Assembly (NCBI GenBank): GCA_030390025.1
Contig: CM059431.1
Location: 135,224,001 to 135,288,000 of the forward strand
Reading direction: 5' to 3'
Length of the DNA stretch: 64,000 nucleotides
From: Squalus acanthias
Lineage: Eukaryota
Of this stretch, positions 60,571 through 64,000 are shown piece after piece (position 1 is the stretch's first letter; every line of letters begins with the position of its first letter). The translations under genes and the position numbers were made by a program. The notes below the pieces were generated by a model. That model saw only the letters and a program-made list of their open reading frames with translations. It ran no database searches and was not told the DNA's origin.

Positions 60571-61379
60571 GGGGGAGAAATTCAGTATCGCCCCATTTGG
60601 GGCGCAATTATCGGCCGGGCGCAAAGATTAGCGCCAGGCGCTAAGTATCGCCTCCGACTGCAAACTTGACTTTTATCGCCCCTGGAGGTGATTGGAGCGC
60701 GAAATCAGGCGCTTCACACCTGTCTTAAGGCGCAAAGGCCGAGGAGCGAGGCGCTACCGCAGAGCGCTGGCGAAGCTGATGTGATGTCAGTCAGCAATGG
60801 AACACAGACACAATGACGCCGGCCAGTTCTTAAAGGGGAGGGTTGATCTTGCTTTCCATCCACATCCTGCTCATTGCAGCCTTGAATCTCGGCCTGGAGA
60901 CACCTGTACATCAAATCTGCTGGAAAGAACAATGGAGAGGACCAGGGAAAGAGCTCAGAGTGCAGCCCCCATATTCTATTCCAAATCGATACAAGGAAGG
61001 GCAAATCAAAATGAACCTGCAAAGTGCTGCTCAGTACCCAAAACTCCTTCACACAACGTTAAATCTCTCCAGAAGTCTCTCTCTCTTTCAGAATGCGTGG
61101 TTCAAAAATGGCACCAACAAAAAAAGGCAGGAAGCGGTCACCTTTAAATAGCGCTCCCCCAGTCCCTTCCTGAGTGCAAAACGCTCCCCTCAACCTGTCG
61201 TTGCTAGCGGCAGGCGGTAAGGCAGGGGGCGCCACTCAATATCTGCTCCGGGGCGCTACCGGGGCGTTACGCACTCGCAGGGTGCAAATATCGTCACGCC
61301 CGGGCGCTAATCGCTTTGCGACCCATTAGCGCCCTCTTAAGGCGCTAACGGGAGGCGCAACCAACTGAATTTTTTCCCC
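60571..61379 (+). mobile_element. Harbinger-like MITE, family C
   Basis: TIRs GGGGGAGAAATTCAGT / ACTGAATTTTTTCCCC and TSD ATA. Homologous to 29281-30172. Confidence 0.9.
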
Positions 61380-62942
61380 ATAGAGTCATAGATTTATACA
61401 GAACAGAAAGAGGCCCTTCGGCTCATCATGTCCGTGCCGGCCATCAATCCCTGTCTATTTTAATCCCATTTTCCAGCACTTGGTCCATAGTCTTGTATGC
61501 TATGGCGTTTCAAGTGCTCATCTAAATGCTTCTTGAATGTTGTGAGGGTTCCTGCCATCATCAACCTTTCAGGCAGTGGGTTCCAGATTCCAACCACCCT
61601 CTGGGTGAAAAAGTTTTTCCTCAAACCCCTCTAAACCTCCGGCCCTTACCTTGAAACTATGCCCCCTGGTTATTGAGCCCTCTACTAAGGGGAAAAGTTC
61701 CTTTCTATCTACCCTATCTATGCCCCTCATAATTTTGTACACCTCAATCAGGTCCCCCCTCAGCCTTCTCTGCTCTAAGGAAAACAACCCCAGCCTGTCC
61801 AGTCTCTCTTCATAGCTGAAGCGCTGCAGCCCAGGTAACATCCTAGTGAATCTCCTCTGCACCCTCTCCAATGCAATCACATCCTTCCTATAGTGTGGCG
61901 ACCAGAACTGCACACAGTATTCGAGCTGTGGCCTAACTAGTGTTTTGTACAGCTCCATCATAACCTCCCTGCTCTTATATTCTATGCTTCGGCTAATGAA
62001 GGCAGGTATCCCATATGCCTTTTTAACCACCTTATCTACCTGTCCTGCTGCCTTCAGGGATCTATGTACATGCACGCCAAGGTCCCTCTGATCCTCTGTC
62101 CTTCCTAGGGTCCTACCATTCATTGTATATTCCCTTGCCTTGTTAGTCCTCCCAAAATGCATCACCTCTCATTTTTCAGGGTTAAATTCCATTTGCCACG
62201 TTTCTGCCCATCTAACCAACCTGTCTATATCGTCCTGTAGCCTGAGGCTTCCCTCCTCGCTATTTACCAACCCACCAATTTTCGTGTCATCTGCGAACTT
62301 ACTGATCATACCTCCTACATTCATATCTAAATCATTAATGTACACTACAAACAGCAAAGGACCCAGCAGCGATCCCTGCGGTACACCACTGGACACAGGC
62401 TTCCAGTCACAAAAACAACCTTTGACCATCACCCTCTGCCTCCTGCCACTAAGCCAATTTTGGATCCAATGTGCCAAGTTGCCCTGGATCCCATGGGCTT
62501 TTACCTTCGTGACCAGTCTCCCATGCGGGACTTTGTCAAAAGCCTTACTGATGTCCATGTAGACCACATCAACTGCACTACCCTCATCCACACACCTAGT
62601 CACCCCCTCGAAAAATTCAATCAAATTGGTCAGACATGATCTCCCCCTGACAAAGCCATGCTGACTATCCTTGATTAATCCTTGCCTCTCCAAGTGGAGA
62701 CTAATTCTGTCCCTCAGCATTTTTTCCAATAATTTCCCTGCCACTGATGTTAGGCTCACTGGCCTGTAATTCCCTGGTTTATTCCTGCTACCCTTCTTGA
62801 ATAATGGTACTACGTTAGCTGTTCTCCAGTCCTCTGGCACCTCCCCTGTGGTCATGATGCGGAGATGCCGGTGTTGGACTGGGGTGGACAAAATTGAGAG
62901 GTCGCACAACACCAGGTTATAGTCCAACAGTTTTATTTGAAA

Positions 62943-62984
62943 TCACAAGCTTTCGGAGCTATCGATTGCTCCTTCCTCAGGTGA
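62943..62984 (-). ncRNA. Minimal type I hammerhead ribozyme motif (left arm)
   Basis: Reverse complement of 63725-63766. Confidence 0.75.
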
Positions 62985-63724
62985 AGTAAATTAGATACAG
63001 AATCGCCAAAGCATATATAGATAGAGAACAAAGCATGTGTACCTTACAATTGCAGACCACTAAATTAAATCATCCTGACTATCTGCCGAGGTGTGATAAA
63101 GTTAATCAAGTCAGCCAGGAAGGTACCACATCAAAGACATAGCAAGATACAACTGAGACAATGAGGTGTAGTCGCAGGGGTTCTAACGTGTCAAAAGCTG
63201 CCGTCTGTATGTAAAACGAAAAGCTTTAAAATTTTTACTTTTTTACTGGGAAAATTTTTACTTTTTTACTGGGAATCACATCTGTGAACAAGCCAGCGAC
63301 GACTCGAGTCCGGATCACGTCATGTATCGTGACATAAACCCAAGATCCCGGTTGAGACCGGGATCTTGGGTTTATGTCACGATACATGACGTGATCCGGA
63401 CTCGAGTCGTCGCTGGCTTGTTCACAGATGTGATTCCCAGTAAAAAAGTAAAAATTTTCCCAGTAAAAAAGTAAAAATTTTAAAGCTTTTCGTTTTACAT
63501 ACAGACGGCAGCTTTTGACACGTTAGAACCCCTGCGACTACACCTCATTGTCTCAGTTGTATCTTGCTATGTCTTTGATGTGGTACCTTCCTGGCTGACT
63601 TGATTAACTTTATCACACCTCGGCAGATAGTCAGGATGATTTAATTTAGTGGTCTGCAATTGTAAGGTACACATGCTTTGTTCTCTATCTATATATGCTT
63701 TGGCGATTCTGTATCTAATTTACT

Positions 63725-63766
63725 TCACCTGAGGAAGGAGCAATCGATAGCTCCGAAAGCTTGTGA
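63725..63766 (+). ncRNA. Minimal type I hammerhead ribozyme motif (right arm)
   Basis: TCAC-CTGAGGA-A-GGAGC(aatcgata)GCTCC-GAAA-GCTT-GTGA: stem I TCAC/GTGA, both core boxes, and a palindromic AAGCTT in place of stem III. Confidence 0.75.
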
Positions 63767-64000
63767 TTTCAAATAAAACTGTTGGACTATAACCTGGTGT
63801 TGTGCGACCTCTCAATTTTGACCTCCCCTGTGGCCAGAGAGGTTCTGAAAATTTGTGTCAGAGCCCCTGCAATCTCCTCCCTTGCCTCACACAGCAGCCT
63901 GGGATACATCTCATCTGGGCCTGGGGATTTATCCACTTTTAAGCCTGCTAAAACCGCTAGTACCTCCTCCCTCTCAATACTAATTTGTTCAAGTATATCA

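Larger units (their letters stand above)
62852..63820 (-). mobile_element. Penelope-like element 3' end forming a 932-bp palindrome plus 37-nt tail
   Basis: 464-bp arms 62889-63352 and 63357-63820 with spacer TGAG. Tail 62852-62888. Exact 13-bp TSD ACCTCCCCTGTGG (62839-62851, 63821-63833). The minus strand ends an ORF as GLNRDLGFMSRYMT*. Confidence 0.92.
60559..64000 (-). mobile_element. CR1 LINE 3' half running off the window, hosting a MITE in its tail and the 932-bp palindrome
   Basis: RT ORFs 62169-62851 and 61569-62165. (ACTCTATG)n tail split at 60570/61380. Confidence 0.92.

Noticed and set aside
62889..63820. Palindrome as a sequencing or assembly fold-back artefact
   Set aside because: It is bounded by an exact 13-bp TSD, the host CR1 resumes colinearly, and two diverged elements in the window share the architecture. 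Read-level confirmation is still desirable.

Overview
This is vertebrate-type DNA packed with transposable elements. The element repertoire (CR1 and L2 LINEs, a Deu-domain tRNA SINE, Penelope-like remnants, PIF/Harbinger transposons and their MITEs) suggests a cartilaginous fish such as a shark; that assignment is inference. I recognise no host protein-coding exon, so the window is probably intronic or intergenic. The only long intact gene is the 978-aa endonuclease/reverse transcriptase ORF2 of a young CR1 copy (47959-50895). Four signals stand out. (1) All five CR1 ORF1/ORF2 junctions carry a correctly phased U-UUA-AAC slippery heptamer whose -1 frame runs open into ORF2, suggesting programmed -1 ribosomal frameshifting. 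(2) Three Penelope-derived fold-back insertions each have a 35-38 nt unpaired tail, a target-site duplication (TSD) and minimal hammerhead ribozyme motifs; one is a 932-bp palindrome centred on a native micro-hairpin. (3) Two inverted CR1 copies share the same stop codon, frameshift and MITE insertion. (4) A 13-kb Harbinger element with both ends and a TSD has a MITE inserted in its transposase catalytic motif. Repeat boundaries were read by eye and may be off by a few to tens of bases.
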